Shown: in pieces, positions 36,591 through 48,084 of the stretch
Position numbering within the stretch: the stretch's first letter is position 1
How the letters are laid out: each line of letters opens with the position of its first letter
Origin: an uncultured virus (IMG/VR IMGVR_UViG_3300017917_001941)
Lineage: Duplodnaviria; Heunggongvirae; Uroviricota; Caudoviricetes
IMG/VR virus record: IMGVR_UViG_3300017917_001941
Strand: one strand, 5' to 3'
Length of the DNA: 64,000 bases
The notes under the pieces: model-generated
Told to the model about the DNA's origin: nothing
Database searches by the model: none
What the model saw: the letters and a program-made list of their open reading frames with translations, nothing else
Made by a program: the position numbers and the translations under genes

Positions 36591-38054
36591 ATGCAAATCA
36601 AGCCCCAGTTCACATTTGATCGAGTTCGTTTTGATCAGGAAACATCCGCTCATCTTGTTTTGAGTATCACTGCACCGAAAAGTGATTGGCAGCGAAGTCG
36701 GCCCCCTATTTGTGTTATCCCAGTTTTGGATGTATCTGGGTCAATGTCCGGCCCTAAGATTGAATACGCTAAAAAAAGCCTTCTTAAGCTCGTAGAGCAT
36801 CTTTCCTCGGAGGATTACTTTGGGCTTGTTTCTTTCAGTTCCGGTGCTTTTGTTGATTTTGAGGTCTGTAAGCTTAGTCAGCAAAACAAGGAGTTAGCTA
36901 AGGGTGTCATTGGTCGGTATCAGGCAAATGGTTCGACTAATTTGTCCACTGGTATGCTTCTTGGGTTCCATTTAGCCAACAAGCTTGACTTGTCCGAGGC
37001 TGCTATTGTTCGAGTGATCTTGTTTACCGATGGGCAGCCAACACATGGAATCACTGATCAGAAAGGCATTTGTGAGCTTGTGGCAAAGCAGGCTGGAAGG
37101 ACGTCTGTGTCGGCCTTTGGTTATGGTTCCGATGCCTGTCAGGAACTTCTTTCGGAGGTTTCCACCACGGGTAAAGGTAATTACGCTTTTGTCCAAGATC
37201 CGGATGCAGCTCTCGCAGCCTTTGGGAAAGAACTTGGTGGGCTTCTTTCTAGCTATGCCCAGGATATCGTTATCGAATTGTCCTCTCATAATGGGCACCA
37301 GATTACTGAAATTGTCTCTGATGTCGATGTAGAAGAGGAGTCTACGGGTGAGGTTCGAATTAAAGTGCCTCATATGCTATCAGAAGAGACTGTGAACTTG
37401 GTTTCATCTGTTAAATTGACTCCTCAAAAGCAGCCCGGACCTCGTCAAGTAAACGCCTTTGAGTTGAAGTTGACCTATCAGGTTGTTACTTCTGAGGGTA
37501 AGTTGGAGACAAAAACTGAGGAATCGAAGGCTAAGATTCAGTTTGTCAAGGCAGGTGAGGAGCAGTCCTCTCCAACCAAGGAAGTGGACGAGATCGTTGC
37601 TCGGGCTCAGCTTGTTAAGGCTCAGGTTGAGGCTGAGGCGGCGGCTAAGCTTGGGGACTTCCAAGCAGCAGGGGTTGTATTCAAGAGGCTTAACTTGCAG
37701 GCTCGTGGTCACGGTGGAATTGCTGCTGTTGCCGATCATGTCGCGGGTTTATATTCCAGTCAAACTCGCTATGGCAGTTCCGCTGAAAATAGAATCGGAT
37801 TGCGTCGGGCAATGACATGTGGTCCTGCTGCTTCAGCCATTGCGACCGAGGATAATGTGGTACTCAAATGTGCTGGATATACCATGAGTACCTCAGCTCA
37901 AAATGAACTTTCTGAGCAATTTTCAAAAGCAAGTCAGGTTAGTGCAGGAACAGGTACCGTGAGTTCCCCCCCTGTGGAATTATCAGAAAAACCGTCAGTT
38001 CCCGTCGAACCTGAGAGAACGAGGCTTTCAAAAAGCCGAAGTGCTCGCTGGTAA
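36591..38054 (+). CDS. von Willebrand factor A domain protein
   Basis: LDVSGSM MIDAS, GSTN, LFTDG; start placed 17 nt after GGTGTA (ORF track starts at 36483). Confidence 0.88.
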   Translation: MQIKPQFTFDRVRFDQETSAHLVLSITAPKSDWQRSRPPICVIPVLDVSGSMSGPKIEYAKKSLLKLVEHLSSEDYFGLVSFSSGAFVDFEVCKLSQQNKELAKGVIGRYQANGSTNLSTGMLLGFHLANKLDLSEAAIVRVILFTDGQPTHGITDQKGICELVAKQAGRTSVSAFGYGSDACQELLSEVSTTGKGNYAFVQDPDAALAAFGKELGGLLSSYAQDIVIELSSHNGHQITEIVSDVDVEEESTGEVRIKVPHMLSEETVNLVSSVKLTPQKQPGPRQVNAFELKLTYQVVTSEGKLETKTEESKAKIQFVKAGEEQSSPTKEVDEIVARAQLVKAQVEAEAAAKLGDFQAAGVVFKRLNLQARGHGGIAAVADHVAGLYSSQTRYGSSAENRIGLRRAMTCGPAASAIATEDNVVLKCAGYTMSTSAQNELSEQFSKASQVSAGTGTVSSPPVELSEKPSVPVEPERTRLSKSRSARW

Positions 38055-38084
38055 TTCTCATCTATAGCTGTAACTTAGAGAGGG

Positions 38085-38117
38085 CAAAGCCCGGTTGTTG
38101 ACCGGGCTTTGGTTTTT
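38085..38117 (+). terminator. Rho-independent terminator
   Basis: caaagcccggt-tgttg-accgggctttg followed by gttttt. Confidence 0.75.
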
Positions 38118-38133
38118 GGTGTAACTCCTACGC

Positions 38134-38697
38134 ATGAGGAACGAAGAGATCTATGTTTCAACTGATGTGGAAACAGATGGGCCTATTCCTGGCCCTAATT
38201 CGATGCTTAGTCTAGGGGCTGCTGCTTATTTACCCGATGGGCAAATGGTGGGTACCTTCTCGGTTAACTTGGAGACCCTCCCTTTGGCTTCTGGGCATCC
38301 GGATACGATGGCTTGGTGGAAAGGGCGCCCTGAACAGTGGGCCGAGTGTCGTAAGGACCTTAAGTCACCCAAGGAGGCGATGGTTAGTTATGTTGCGTGG
38401 GTTGAGAAGCTTGGGGGCGCCCCTGTATTTGTCGGATATCCCGCGACGTTTGACTTTTTGTTCGTTTACTACTACATGATCAGTTTTGTAGGTCGGAGTC
38501 CATTTTCGTTTTCTGCCCTTGATATCAAATCTTATGCATGTGCAAAGTTGGGGCTTCCGTTTCGCCAAACGACGAAAAAGAATATGCCACTTAAATGGTT
38601 CCTTGGGTTGCCCAAGCATACTCATGTGGCTGTGGATGATGCAATCGAGCAAGGGGCGCTATTCATAAAAATTTTGAACGATAGACTAGGAAGGTAA
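38134..38697 (+). CDS. DEDDh 3'-5' exonuclease (RNase T/RNase AS-like)
   Basis: [22 protein letters not shown]. Confidence 0.88.
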   Translation: MRNEEIYVSTDVETDGPIPGPNSMLSLGAAAYLPDGQMVGTFSVNLETLPLASGHPDTMAWWKGRPEQWAECRKDLKSPKEAMVSYVAWVEKLGGAPVFVGYPATFDFLFVYYYMISFVGRSPFSFSALDIKSYACAKLGLPFRQTTKKNMPLKWFLGLPKHTHVAVDDAIEQGALFIKILNDRLGR

Positions 38698-38775
38698 ACT
38701 GGCCGGGGTGCCAGCGCCGACTTGAAATCGGATGGGTGGTGATGAGCCACTGGGGGTCGGGTCCTCTGCCTTCCG
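38689..38775 (+). tRNA. tRNA-Ser(TGA), 8/4 allo/Sec-like fold
   Basis: ggaaggta/tgccttcc 8-bp acceptor, G73, D stem ctggc/gccag, ccga-ctTGAaa-tcgg, long variable arm, 4-bp T stem. Confidence 0.72.
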
Positions 38776-38779
38776 CGAA

Positions 38780-39028
38780 ATGAAAGTAAAGCCTGGAATC
38801 TGTGGAATTTGTGGTATTGCCGTTGTACAACCGGATAGTAGCTCTCCAGGTTGGCATAGCGGGCACTTGTTCGAGCGAAAGCTCAAGGCTAATCAGACTA
38901 AGGAAACTGAGCTGATTTTGGTCCGAGTTCGATGCATGGGTCACAAGGAAAACGGAGACCCTCGGTACTATGATCGAAACGGTAACATTCGTGATGATCT
39001 GTGGCCGGGTGAGCTTTATCTCGGATAG
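38780..39028 (+). CDS. small hypothetical protein
   Basis: CGICG...RC.GH. Confidence 0.5.
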   Translation: MKVKPGICGICGIAVVQPDSSSPGWHSGHLFERKLKANQTKETELILVRVRCMGHKENGDPRYYDRNGNIRDDLWPGELYLG

Positions 39029-39070
39029 TAGGCTACTTCATACTGTCAATGTTAGGTTTTGGTGTTTCTC

Positions 39071-40474
39071 ATGTCATTTAAGTATGCTGCTCAGAAAACC
39101 GGAGAGAATATCTACACACTCCCTAAGTTAGGGTCAATGAAAGTTGATGCCGTGGCTTTTTTGTCAGAAGGCCTTTATGAAGCCTCAGAGGAAAGCCTTT
39201 GGAAACAGATCGCTGATGCGGCTTCTCATGAGGGGGTCCTCGGGGCGTACCTGATGCCGGATACGCATAGCGGTTTTGGCTGTCCGGTTGGTTCGGTTAT
39301 CGTGACTGACAAGACTCTGATTCAAGCAGGGTCTGGGTATGATATCTCGTGCGGAGTTCTCTGTCTGCGTGTAGAAGGAATCTCGGCTGGCAGTCTGAAA
39401 AGCAGGTATGCTCGGGAGTTTTGGGTTCGCGAGGTTGAAAAGCGTGTGGCTACAGGGGTTGGGTCGCATCGCCCAACTGAGATGCCTTCCTATACCCGGG
39501 ATAAAGTTGATGAGGTTCTTCACTTTGGGGCTAAGGCCCTTGGAGTGGTTTCGGACCTATGCGAGCGCCAATATATTCCGATACCGAAGGATTTGGATCT
39601 GCATCGGATCGAGAAGGCATACGGGAAGGCTTTGCCCCAGTTAGGGTCTCTTGGAGGTGGAAATCACTTCATTGAAATGCAGGTGGGGGGAGATGGTTCT
39701 GTTTGGGTTATGATTCACACTGGTTCAAGAGGTTATGGTTGGCAGACGGCTGATCATTTCTTCTACGAGGGGGCCAAGGCTCGTAACCTCCCAAAGAATC
39801 GTCGAGAGGAATCATGGGTTCTTCTTGAGGAGGAAATCGGTCAGGAATACTGGGCGTATCATAACTCAGCTGCTAATTACGCTGTGGCAAATCGTTATGC
39901 TATAGCTCTTTCAGTCCAGGAAGCTCTCCAAGAGGTTTTTGGGGCCTTTGGTGAAGTCTACTACGACATCAGTCATAATCTTGTTCAGGAGGAGACCTTG
40001 GTCCTTCCTGATGGATCCACGAGAAAGGGGTATGTGCATCGAAAGGGGGCGACCCGTGCTTTTCCGGCGGGCCATCCGGATTTGGTGGGTACCCGGTGGT
40101 TCGACACGGGGCATCCGGTTCTTATCCCGGGGTCAATGTATGATGGGGCTGCGATCTTGTTTCCCTCCGTTGGGGCTTATCGGTCGGCGTGCTCGGTCAA
40201 TCATGGGTCTGGTCGTTTGCTTGCCCGGGGTGCTGCCAAGCGTAAATTGGAGCACAAGCAGGATCGGATCGACGCAGAGATGCATAACGTGAAGCGAATC
40301 TTCGATGGGGTAGGTATCGAAGGGATTGTCTCTAATCATTCGCATATCCCACTTGATGAGTGTCGAGAAGTCTACAAAGACTTGGAGGCTGTTCTCGAGG
40401 TTTTGACTCAAGAGGGTGTAGCGACTGTTGCTCACCGTTTATGGCCTGTAGTTAGTATAAAAGGGTCAGACTGA
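39071..40474 (+). CDS. rtcB: RNA-splicing/repair ligase RtcB
   Basis: MPDTHSGFG, GYDISCG, GSLGGGNHFIE, HTGSRG, HRKGAT, NHGSGR. Confidence 0.95.
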   Translation: MSFKYAAQKTGENIYTLPKLGSMKVDAVAFLSEGLYEASEESLWKQIADAASHEGVLGAYLMPDTHSGFGCPVGSVIVTDKTLIQAGSGYDISCGVLCLRVEGISAGSLKSRYAREFWVREVEKRVATGVGSHRPTEMPSYTRDKVDEVLHFGAKALGVVSDLCERQYIPIPKDLDLHRIEKAYGKALPQLGSLGGGNHFIEMQVGGDGSVWVMIHTGSRGYGWQTADHFFYEGAKARNLPKNRREESWVLLEEEIGQEYWAYHNSAANYAVANRYAIALSVQEALQEVFGAFGEVYYDISHNLVQEETLVLPDGSTRKGYVHRKGATRAFPAGHPDLVGTRWFDTGHPVLIPGSMYDGAAILFPSVGAYRSACSVNHGSGRLLARGAAKRKLEHKQDRIDAEMHNVKRIFDGVGIEGIVSNHSHIPLDECREVYKDLEAVLEVLTQEGVATVAHRLWPVVSIKGSD

Positions 40475-40737
40475 TGTCCTATGTTGTAGTTGTCCCTGCT
40501 GATCAAACAATTGCCTTTGTCACTGCTGACGGCGAGGTGACAACAAAGCACTCGAAAGCGAATTTTTGGAATACCCGAGTTGAGGCTGATACTGCTTTGC
40601 AGAGGTATAATGACTCTATCCCTAGTAGTGTGAAGATTAATGGAGTTACTCATGATTTGACGCGAGAGCACTACTTTGGATGGGTTGCCGAAGTATCAGA
40701 TGAAAGGGAATTTCGATCCCGAGAGGATACTTGGTGA
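40474..40737 (+). CDS. hypothetical protein
   Basis: TGATG overlap with rtcB. Confidence 0.65.
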   Translation: MSYVVVVPADQTIAFVTADGEVTTKHSKANFWNTRVEADTALQRYNDSIPSSVKINGVTHDLTREHYFGWVAEVSDEREFRSREDTW

Positions 40738-40771
40738 CAGTTAATCCTGGTTGGGGTAGTATTTTAGCGTC

Positions 40772-41158
40772 ATGCCCCTTACTTCCGATGTCTCCACTTG
40801 GGATGGGGACCAGCTCCAGCAAGAGCTCGCGGTTCGCCTGTCCCTAGGTTGGACGTTTCAAATTATTCCGGATAGCACTATTGACCGTTGGGTGGTCAAT
40901 ATATTCAATGACAAGATGGAACAAGTTTGGCGGGGGGAGGCCCTCACCGCTCAGCTTGTTCTCTTGGATGCCCTTGGGTGGGTAGAAACTCGAAGTATAT
41001 CCTGTTCTGAGACGAGCCCATGGGTTAGGCGTCGTGAGGAACTGAACCCTCAAAGGGTTCACGAGCAACTCTTCTCTAAGTTGTTTGTGAAGGAAGATCC
41101 GCCTGATTTGGACCCAAGTGAGATTCAGGCGGTGTACAGTCGAACCAAGCGAGGGTAA
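40772..41158 (+). CDS. hypothetical protein
   Basis: ORF track. Confidence 0.65.
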   Translation: MPLTSDVSTWDGDQLQQELAVRLSLGWTFQIIPDSTIDRWVVNIFNDKMEQVWRGEALTAQLVLLDALGWVETRSISCSETSPWVRRREELNPQRVHEQLFSKLFVKEDPPDLDPSEIQAVYSRTKRG

Positions 41159-42808
<1,650 letters not shown>

Positions 42809-42857
42809 AAGATCTACCCTTGAGTCAGGGTTTGGTTGTCGGTGTATAATGACAACC

Positions 42858-43607
42858 ATGGTTTCAGCATCCCAAATTTTGTGGGTTTTATTTGGCAGCC
42901 CTTCGCCTGAAGTGCAGTGCAAGCCTTTTTCTGGTACTTGTTGGGTATGTGGGGGTGAGGCAACCCTAGGTGTACCTCGTGAGTCTTGGCTGGGAGCTAG
43001 TTTTGTAGGGCAGAATAGAGTCAAAGACCCTCGCTCTGAATGGGTTTGTATTGCATGTACCTATGTTTGTGCTCGGCTTTCTCCGGTGCCGGGTCGTCCC
43101 CCAAAAGAAGGTAAAGAGTTAGGTGGTAACTTTCGAAATTATTCTCATTTTTTTGACGATGGTGCCTATTTTAATGCAACTAAAGGGGAGAAACCTAGCA
43201 TTCTATCATTCGTATGTTCAACTCACCACGGTCCATGGTTTGCTGCGATAGCGGAGAGTGGTCAAAAGCATGTCCTACCGTGGGCCCCCGTAAACCCAGA
43301 GGGGTGCAGGAATGGGCGGGTCCTTTTTGAGGAAATGGAGGTTACCCTCCCTCTGTATGGCACAAATGAGTGGTATTTGCCGAGTGATATGATCAACCTT
43401 CTAACCGAAGGTGCTACCAAGGAATCTCTTGGGCGGGGTCAGTATACGTCTCAAGAGTGGCAACGTTGTCAGAGTATTCAAGAATTTGAAAGAAAATGGA
43501 GCTACATGAGGGATAGCCCATTTTGGGCCCTGTCTCTGTTTTTGGCTCAAAGAGATGAGATGAAGGTTCAAAGTAATGCCAAAGTTATCAGAAAGCCAAA
43601 AAGATAG
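42858..43607 (+). CDS. csf1: type IV CRISPR large subunit Csf1 (Cas8-like)
   Basis: CWVCG...CIAC Zn finger, ESGQKHVLPWAPVN; first gene of the csf cluster (alternative ATG at 42849). Confidence 0.72.
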   Translation: MVSASQILWVLFGSPSPEVQCKPFSGTCWVCGGEATLGVPRESWLGASFVGQNRVKDPRSEWVCIACTYVCARLSPVPGRPPKEGKELGGNFRNYSHFFDDGAYFNATKGEKPSILSFVCSTHHGPWFAAIAESGQKHVLPWAPVNPEGCRNGRVLFEEMEVTLPLYGTNEWYLPSDMINLLTEGATKESLGRGQYTSQEWQRCQSIQEFERKWSYMRDSPFWALSLFLAQRDEMKVQSNAKVIRKPKR

Positions 43608-43944
43608 GCTTCGTACGTTAACGGTTGAGGTTCTTCTTGAGGTAAGAATGGCATACCTTAGAACTACTGGAGCTAATTCCCTAAAGAATTGGGATATTCT
43701 TCAGACTAGGTTGAGGATAGCTACGAGGATGGCAACCACACCTGAGCAGTGGGCCACTCAGTTGATTCGTGGCTTGGGCATAACCCAAGCTATGTCGGTC
43801 AGTGGTTCTAGTGCCCTTGTTGACTTAGTTTCCGATATTCACGAAAATGGTTACTTCCGGCAGTGGAGGCACATGCTTGACACGGAATGGGGTCTCCTTA
43901 TTGCGAAGGCTCGATTAATTGTTGAGAAGCAGAAAGCAGGTTAA
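43576..43944 (+). CDS. small helical subunit, Cas11-like
   Basis: 122-aa all-helical ORF between csf1 and csf2, the IV-B cas11 position. Confidence 0.6.
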   Translation: MPKLSESQKDRLRTLTVEVLLEVRMAYLRTTGANSLKNWDILQTRLRIATRMATTPEQWATQLIRGLGITQAMSVSGSSALVDLVSDIHENGYFRQWRHMLDTEWGLLIAKARLIVEKQKAG

Positions 43945-44938
43945 AGTGTACACTCAAAAAACTTATGAGTTTGTATTACGAGCACAACAACCAATAGCTC
44001 ATAGTGCTGGAACCGAGGGAAACCATTCCTACCTAATGACACGCGGGCAAGTTCAGTTGGATGGATCAATTGTGGACATACCCATCGTTAGCGGGGATAC
44101 GATGCGTCACGGCTTAAGAGAGGCTGTTGCCTATGCCTTTTTAGATGCTGCTGGTCTTTTGGATAAGCCAGCTTTTAGCAAGGCTGCTCTTCGTCTCTTA
44201 TTCAACGGAGGGATGGTTACAGGGCGTGGTGATGCTAGTGTTATTAAGCTGGATTTGTATAGGGAGATGGTCAACTTAATTCCGCCCTTAGGCCTTCTTG
44301 GAGGGTGCGCCAATAACCGGGTAATCCAAGGCTATATTTGGGTAGATGATGCTCTACTTATTTGTGATGAGACACGGCACTTATTGCCGAGTAAGATCCT
44401 TGATTGGTGTGAAGGTCAAAATTTTGATATCTCTGAATCTACCGCATACATGGAAGTGGCCCAGCGTGTTCGAATGGATTCCACTCTCGAGCCTAATAAG
44501 GTAAGGCTCCTTTCAATCCCTGCTCGGGTGGAGTTGAATCAGACTATGGTCTTGAGTGAAGAGGCTCATACGAACGACGACATAATAGGTATCGATGAAA
44601 CTAAGTGTTCTATGATGCCTCGTACCTCAGAAAGGATTAAAGCAGGGTCTCTTTTTTATTGGTCAATTACGGGAAATATTCACTCTGACTTGGAAATGGA
44701 CACCTTTAATACGATGATTGCAACATTTTTGACCAATGCCAGGGTTGGGGGTCAAAAAGGTCGAGGTTGTGGGTTGCTCAAAGCGATTCCAGGTGGTGCT
44801 TGGGATGTATCTTGCTCACCCTTCTCTGAGAGAACCAGCAATATGGATCTTGCTCCCGAGTTGGGCAAAATGTTCAAGGCACATGTTCAAGAACGAGCAG
44901 CGCAGGTGAAGAAGTTCCTCTGTGAAGTAGACGCATGA
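43919..44938 (+). CDS. csf2: type IV Cas7-family backbone Csf2
   Basis: QPIAH, IPIVSGDTMRHGLRE, LLFNGG, PPLGLLGG, VGGQKGRGCG G-loop. Confidence 0.85.
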   Translation: MLRSRKQVKVYTQKTYEFVLRAQQPIAHSAGTEGNHSYLMTRGQVQLDGSIVDIPIVSGDTMRHGLREAVAYAFLDAAGLLDKPAFSKAALRLLFNGGMVTGRGDASVIKLDLYREMVNLIPPLGLLGGCANNRVIQGYIWVDDALLICDETRHLLPSKILDWCEGQNFDISESTAYMEVAQRVRMDSTLEPNKVRLLSIPARVELNQTMVLSEEAHTNDDIIGIDETKCSMMPRTSERIKAGSLFYWSITGNIHSDLEMDTFNTMIATFLTNARVGGQKGRGCGLLKAIPGGAWDVSCSPFSERTSNMDLAPELGKMFKAHVQERAAQVKKFLCEVDA

Positions 44939-45621
44939 TGGTGCCTTTACGCGTTACGGCGCAGTTAGCTGGGGCTATTGGCTCGGTACCTATGCTTGAT
45001 GCTATGCTCATGGCATCTAAGGCCCTTAGGGATGGGTTACCGCCGGTTGATGCGTGCCCTAATAGAAGGCCTTCTATAATCGATATACCAATAAAGCTAT
45101 CACCTTGCGGTCGGTTTCATTTGTGCTCTGGGCCAATTTATTCGCGAGTATCCTCGGAGCTTCGTTATACAAACCGTCGATTTCCAATTGAGCAGGCGGT
45201 ACACCTAGGGGACCCGAAATGGGGCAGGGTTTCTCTTAGTACGGGTCCGGAAAAGTCCTATCGGATTCCAACATCAATAGGGTTTTTGTCAGGTAATGTG
45301 GTTACTTGGTACTGTCTTGGTGAACGAGACGCTTTGATAGGGTTGTTGAAGTTCTGTAAATTTCTGGGAAAGAAGCGTAGTGTCGGCAATGGGAAAGTTT
45401 CAGCTTGGTCTGTTTTAGAATGTCTTGAGTGGGAGGGTTTTCCGGTAGTTAAGCAAGGAAAGCCTTTAAGACCTCTCCCTCCGTCTTGGCCTGGACTAAA
45501 AGAACCATCCATGGCGTACGTAGTTTTGGGGTCAGTTGGTGTATGTTATTGGGACCACACAGCGAAGGAACTTTGTGCGGTACCCGATGATGTCAACCAA
45601 ACCTTGCCCATATTGCGGTAG
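44935..45621 (+). CDS. csf3: type IV Cas5-family Csf3
   Basis: PLRVTA.L..MLDAML, WYCLG, LGKKRSVGNGKV..W.V, LRPLP, YW. Confidence 0.82.
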   Translation: MMVPLRVTAQLAGAIGSVPMLDAMLMASKALRDGLPPVDACPNRRPSIIDIPIKLSPCGRFHLCSGPIYSRVSSELRYTNRRFPIEQAVHLGDPKWGRVSLSTGPEKSYRIPTSIGFLSGNVVTWYCLGERDALIGLLKFCKFLGKKRSVGNGKVSAWSVLECLEWEGFPVVKQGKPLRPLPPSWPGLKEPSMAYVVLGSVGVCYWDHTAKELCAVPDDVNQTLPILR

Positions 45622-46594
45622 TTCGATGCCGAATGTTCCCGGGAGGTCAACCTGCGGGAAGAGTTCGTGCCGTTGTACAAGAAATGTTCGTTTGCGTTTA
45701 GGACAGGACATGCCGGTCCATCTTGGGGAGGTGACTTGTTGCGTTTGTGGTACAGAGGTTCCGCGAGTCAACTGGAATCAAGTTACATGTGGAAGTGCGC
45801 GATGCCAGAATAAGATTAAGCTTCGTTCTGTAGTAGCCAGGGAGAATAACCGGAAACGTAATCGTGCATGGGCAGAGATACATCGTAACGTGCATTCACA
45901 TAACCCGTGGCTGTTGGGTGCACCGCCGTATGAAACACATCTTCCTGGTGGAGGCATGGAACTAGAATTCCACCCAGCTCCAAAATGGCCTTTACTTCAC
46001 CGAAATATTCAAGGGTTGCATGGGGTCATTACGTCCCTTCTTGCGGTCCCTCATGAAAATGTACCAGTATTTTCCCTGATTCCGTGGCCTCGTGGATGTG
46101 GCTGGGGAGTCTATGTTCGGACGGATGCTTGGTTAACCTTGGCGAACAAGAGGTACCCTGTTAGGCTTTTTGAGCAGCGATTAGAAGCATGTTTCTCTCC
46201 TTTGCGTCGTCTCAAGGCCCCACTTGTCTCTACTAGGGGGCACCAAAAAGTTCGTATTAGTACAGTTACTCCTGTTTCTACAGGCAATGATGGTCACAAG
46301 AATACCCACCTTAGACCTACATCTGGCAACATAAAAAGTACACTGGTCCGGCACATGTCTCCTCGGTTGGGTCTGTACTTACCTCAAGAGAATGTTTGCG
46401 TCGAGGTAGTGAGACAAGAGACTGAGTCCGAGTACATCCCTATAGGTGGGAAGTTTGGGAATTTGTATGGTTGGGTTGGAATGGTCGAGTTAGAGGTTAA
46501 TGCGGTTGCCAGGTGGCTCTTGGAAGTGTCTTCAATGATTGGGCTTGGTGGCCGAACCTCTTTAGGATTTGGGCGGATTAGGCTGATAGGGTAA
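45587..46594 (+). CDS. cas6: Cas6-family RAMP fused to N-terminal Zn fingers
   Basis: ISTVTPV, GWVGMV, GLGGRTSLGFGRI (GhGxxxxxGhG); N-terminal CPYC..C...C and CVC..C...C. Confidence 0.7.
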   Translation: MMSTKPCPYCGSSMPNVPGRSTCGKSSCRCTRNVRLRLGQDMPVHLGEVTCCVCGTEVPRVNWNQVTCGSARCQNKIKLRSVVARENNRKRNRAWAEIHRNVHSHNPWLLGAPPYETHLPGGGMELEFHPAPKWPLLHRNIQGLHGVITSLLAVPHENVPVFSLIPWPRGCGWGVYVRTDAWLTLANKRYPVRLFEQRLEACFSPLRRLKAPLVSTRGHQKVRISTVTPVSTGNDGHKNTHLRPTSGNIKSTLVRHMSPRLGLYLPQENVCVEVVRQETESEYIPIGGKFGNLYGWVGMVELEVNAVARWLLEVSSMIGLGGRTSLGFGRIRLIG

Positions 46595-46597
46595 GTT

Positions 46598-47227
46598 ATG
46601 TCAGTAAGAACCTTTCGTCACCCTGATGGGATGGTACAGCGTCTTGCGGTCTCGGACCTTTGCGTTGAAGGCGTAGACGTGTTCAGGTCTTTTGGGGACA
46701 TTCATGTCGTGTATAGTGACCCACCTTGGAATCCTGGGAATGAAAAGTGGTGGCGTACGTATGCTAACTTAGACCCTCCAAAGTCATATGGCCTGTTTTT
46801 GGATTCTTGGTGTCGATGTGCCTGTTTGGGTAACCCGGAGCACATATTTTGCGAGCAGTCAGTAAATTCGAAACATCGTGACCTGCTGAAGGAAGCCGTG
46901 CTCAGGTGTGACTCCTGGGTGTTACCTTTGATTGAGGAATGGACCATTTGGTATGGGAGCCCTTCTCGCCCGAATGTGTTGATGCACTTTGGAAGATCTT
47001 CGTTAGGAGCTGACCTCACTGACATGCGTGGTGAGGAGATGGTAGCGCTCGTCTTGGACACTCTCAACTTGCCCAAGGGTTCTGTGGTTGCTGACCCGTG
47101 TATGGGCTTGGGTACGACGTCTAGGCAAGCGCATAAACATGGCTTATGCTGTGTAGGAACCGAACTTAATCCAGTTCGGTTGGATAGGACGATTGGGTGG
47201 TTGTTAAGGTCTGGGTACTCCGAATGA
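46598..47227 (+). CDS. amino-methyltransferase (N6A/N4C type), compact
   Basis: YSDPPW and VADPCMGLGTT...GTELN. Confidence 0.78.
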   Translation: MSVRTFRHPDGMVQRLAVSDLCVEGVDVFRSFGDIHVVYSDPPWNPGNEKWWRTYANLDPPKSYGLFLDSWCRCACLGNPEHIFCEQSVNSKHRDLLKEAVLRCDSWVLPLIEEWTIWYGSPSRPNVLMHFGRSSLGADLTDMRGEEMVALVLDTLNLPKGSVVADPCMGLGTTSRQAHKHGLCCVGTELNPVRLDRTIGWLLRSGYSE

Positions 47228-48084
47228 TTTGCTTGGGTTTTGACCTTTCCCAAAAAGATACCTGCCTAAACAACTATTGTGCGGAGCACGGTATCCGAAA
47301 AGTGTTTGTTCTCTCACCCGAGAAGTTCAAGCTAAGCGTTACCCTTGAGTCGGAGTTCGTTGAGTGGGCAGAGATCATTGAGTACAACTACTTTTACCGG
47401 CTACTTCAGGAAGTAGATGATAGTACCCTGGTGGTTGTAAATGAGTGTCTGAGGACACAGAATCGGAACGACCTTACCTATAACTGTATGCGGCACTTTC
47501 TGAATCAGACTAAACATCAGCTCATTTTTCAGTATCTGCCGATAATAGACACCCTGGATGACTTCATGATACTGTTTGACCTCGATACTCGGAGCAGGTG
47601 GAAGAGGTCCAAGTTTAGTGTTGGTTTGTTGTCCGAGGCGGAGGTGCGAATTCAACCTGTGCTCCCATCCTTTGAAAAGGTTCTTGTTCCCACAGGTGAG
47701 AAGCTCCGGTCGGATTACTTGAAACTGAAGCGAAAATTGATCGATGGCATAGGTCTAAAGGACCCACACACAATTCCTCGTAATCTGTACCTCTTATCGG
47801 GTAAAGCGAAGGTTGGTTACTTACATGCTAATAGGCACTATATTGGAAGGAATAACCGTTTTAAGCTCGAAAACCTAGAGACTTACAAGGAAGCGCAATA
47901 CCCGCATTCTTATACTGTGTTCGAGTTCTGTCATAACTTTGTGGACTTTTGTGACTTTCTGTCATTATCCAGGCAGAAGGACTTCGAGGTCCTCACAACG
48001 GATCTCAAGGTAGACCAGTGGTATTATGACCGATACATCGCGTGGTTGGAGAGGCTAAGGGATGCCTACTCAGCGTTACAGTGA
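47224..48084 (+). CDS. hypothetical protein upstream of ibrA
   Basis: ATGA-coupled; VVVNECLR. Confidence 0.7.
   Translation: MICLGFDLSQKDTCLNNYCAEHGIRKVFVLSPEKFKLSVTLESEFVEWAEIIEYNYFYRLLQEVDDSTLVVVNECLRTQNRNDLTYNCMRHFLNQTKHQLIFQYLPIIDTLDDFMILFDLDTRSRWKRSKFSVGLLSEAEVRIQPVLPSFEKVLVPTGEKLRSDYLKLKRKLIDGIGLKDPHTIPRNLYLLSGKAKVGYLHANRHYIGRNNRFKLENLETYKEAQYPHSYTVFEFCHNFVDFCDFLSLSRQKDFEVLTTDLKVDQWYYDRYIAWLERLRDAYSALQ

Noticed and set aside
36483..38054. Ro60/Rsr partner of the Y-like RNAs
   Set aside because: The vWA domain is near the N-terminus and there is no preceding TROVE helical domain.
38689..38775. selC (tRNA-Sec)
   Set aside because: The anticodon reads TGA (Ser), not TCA.
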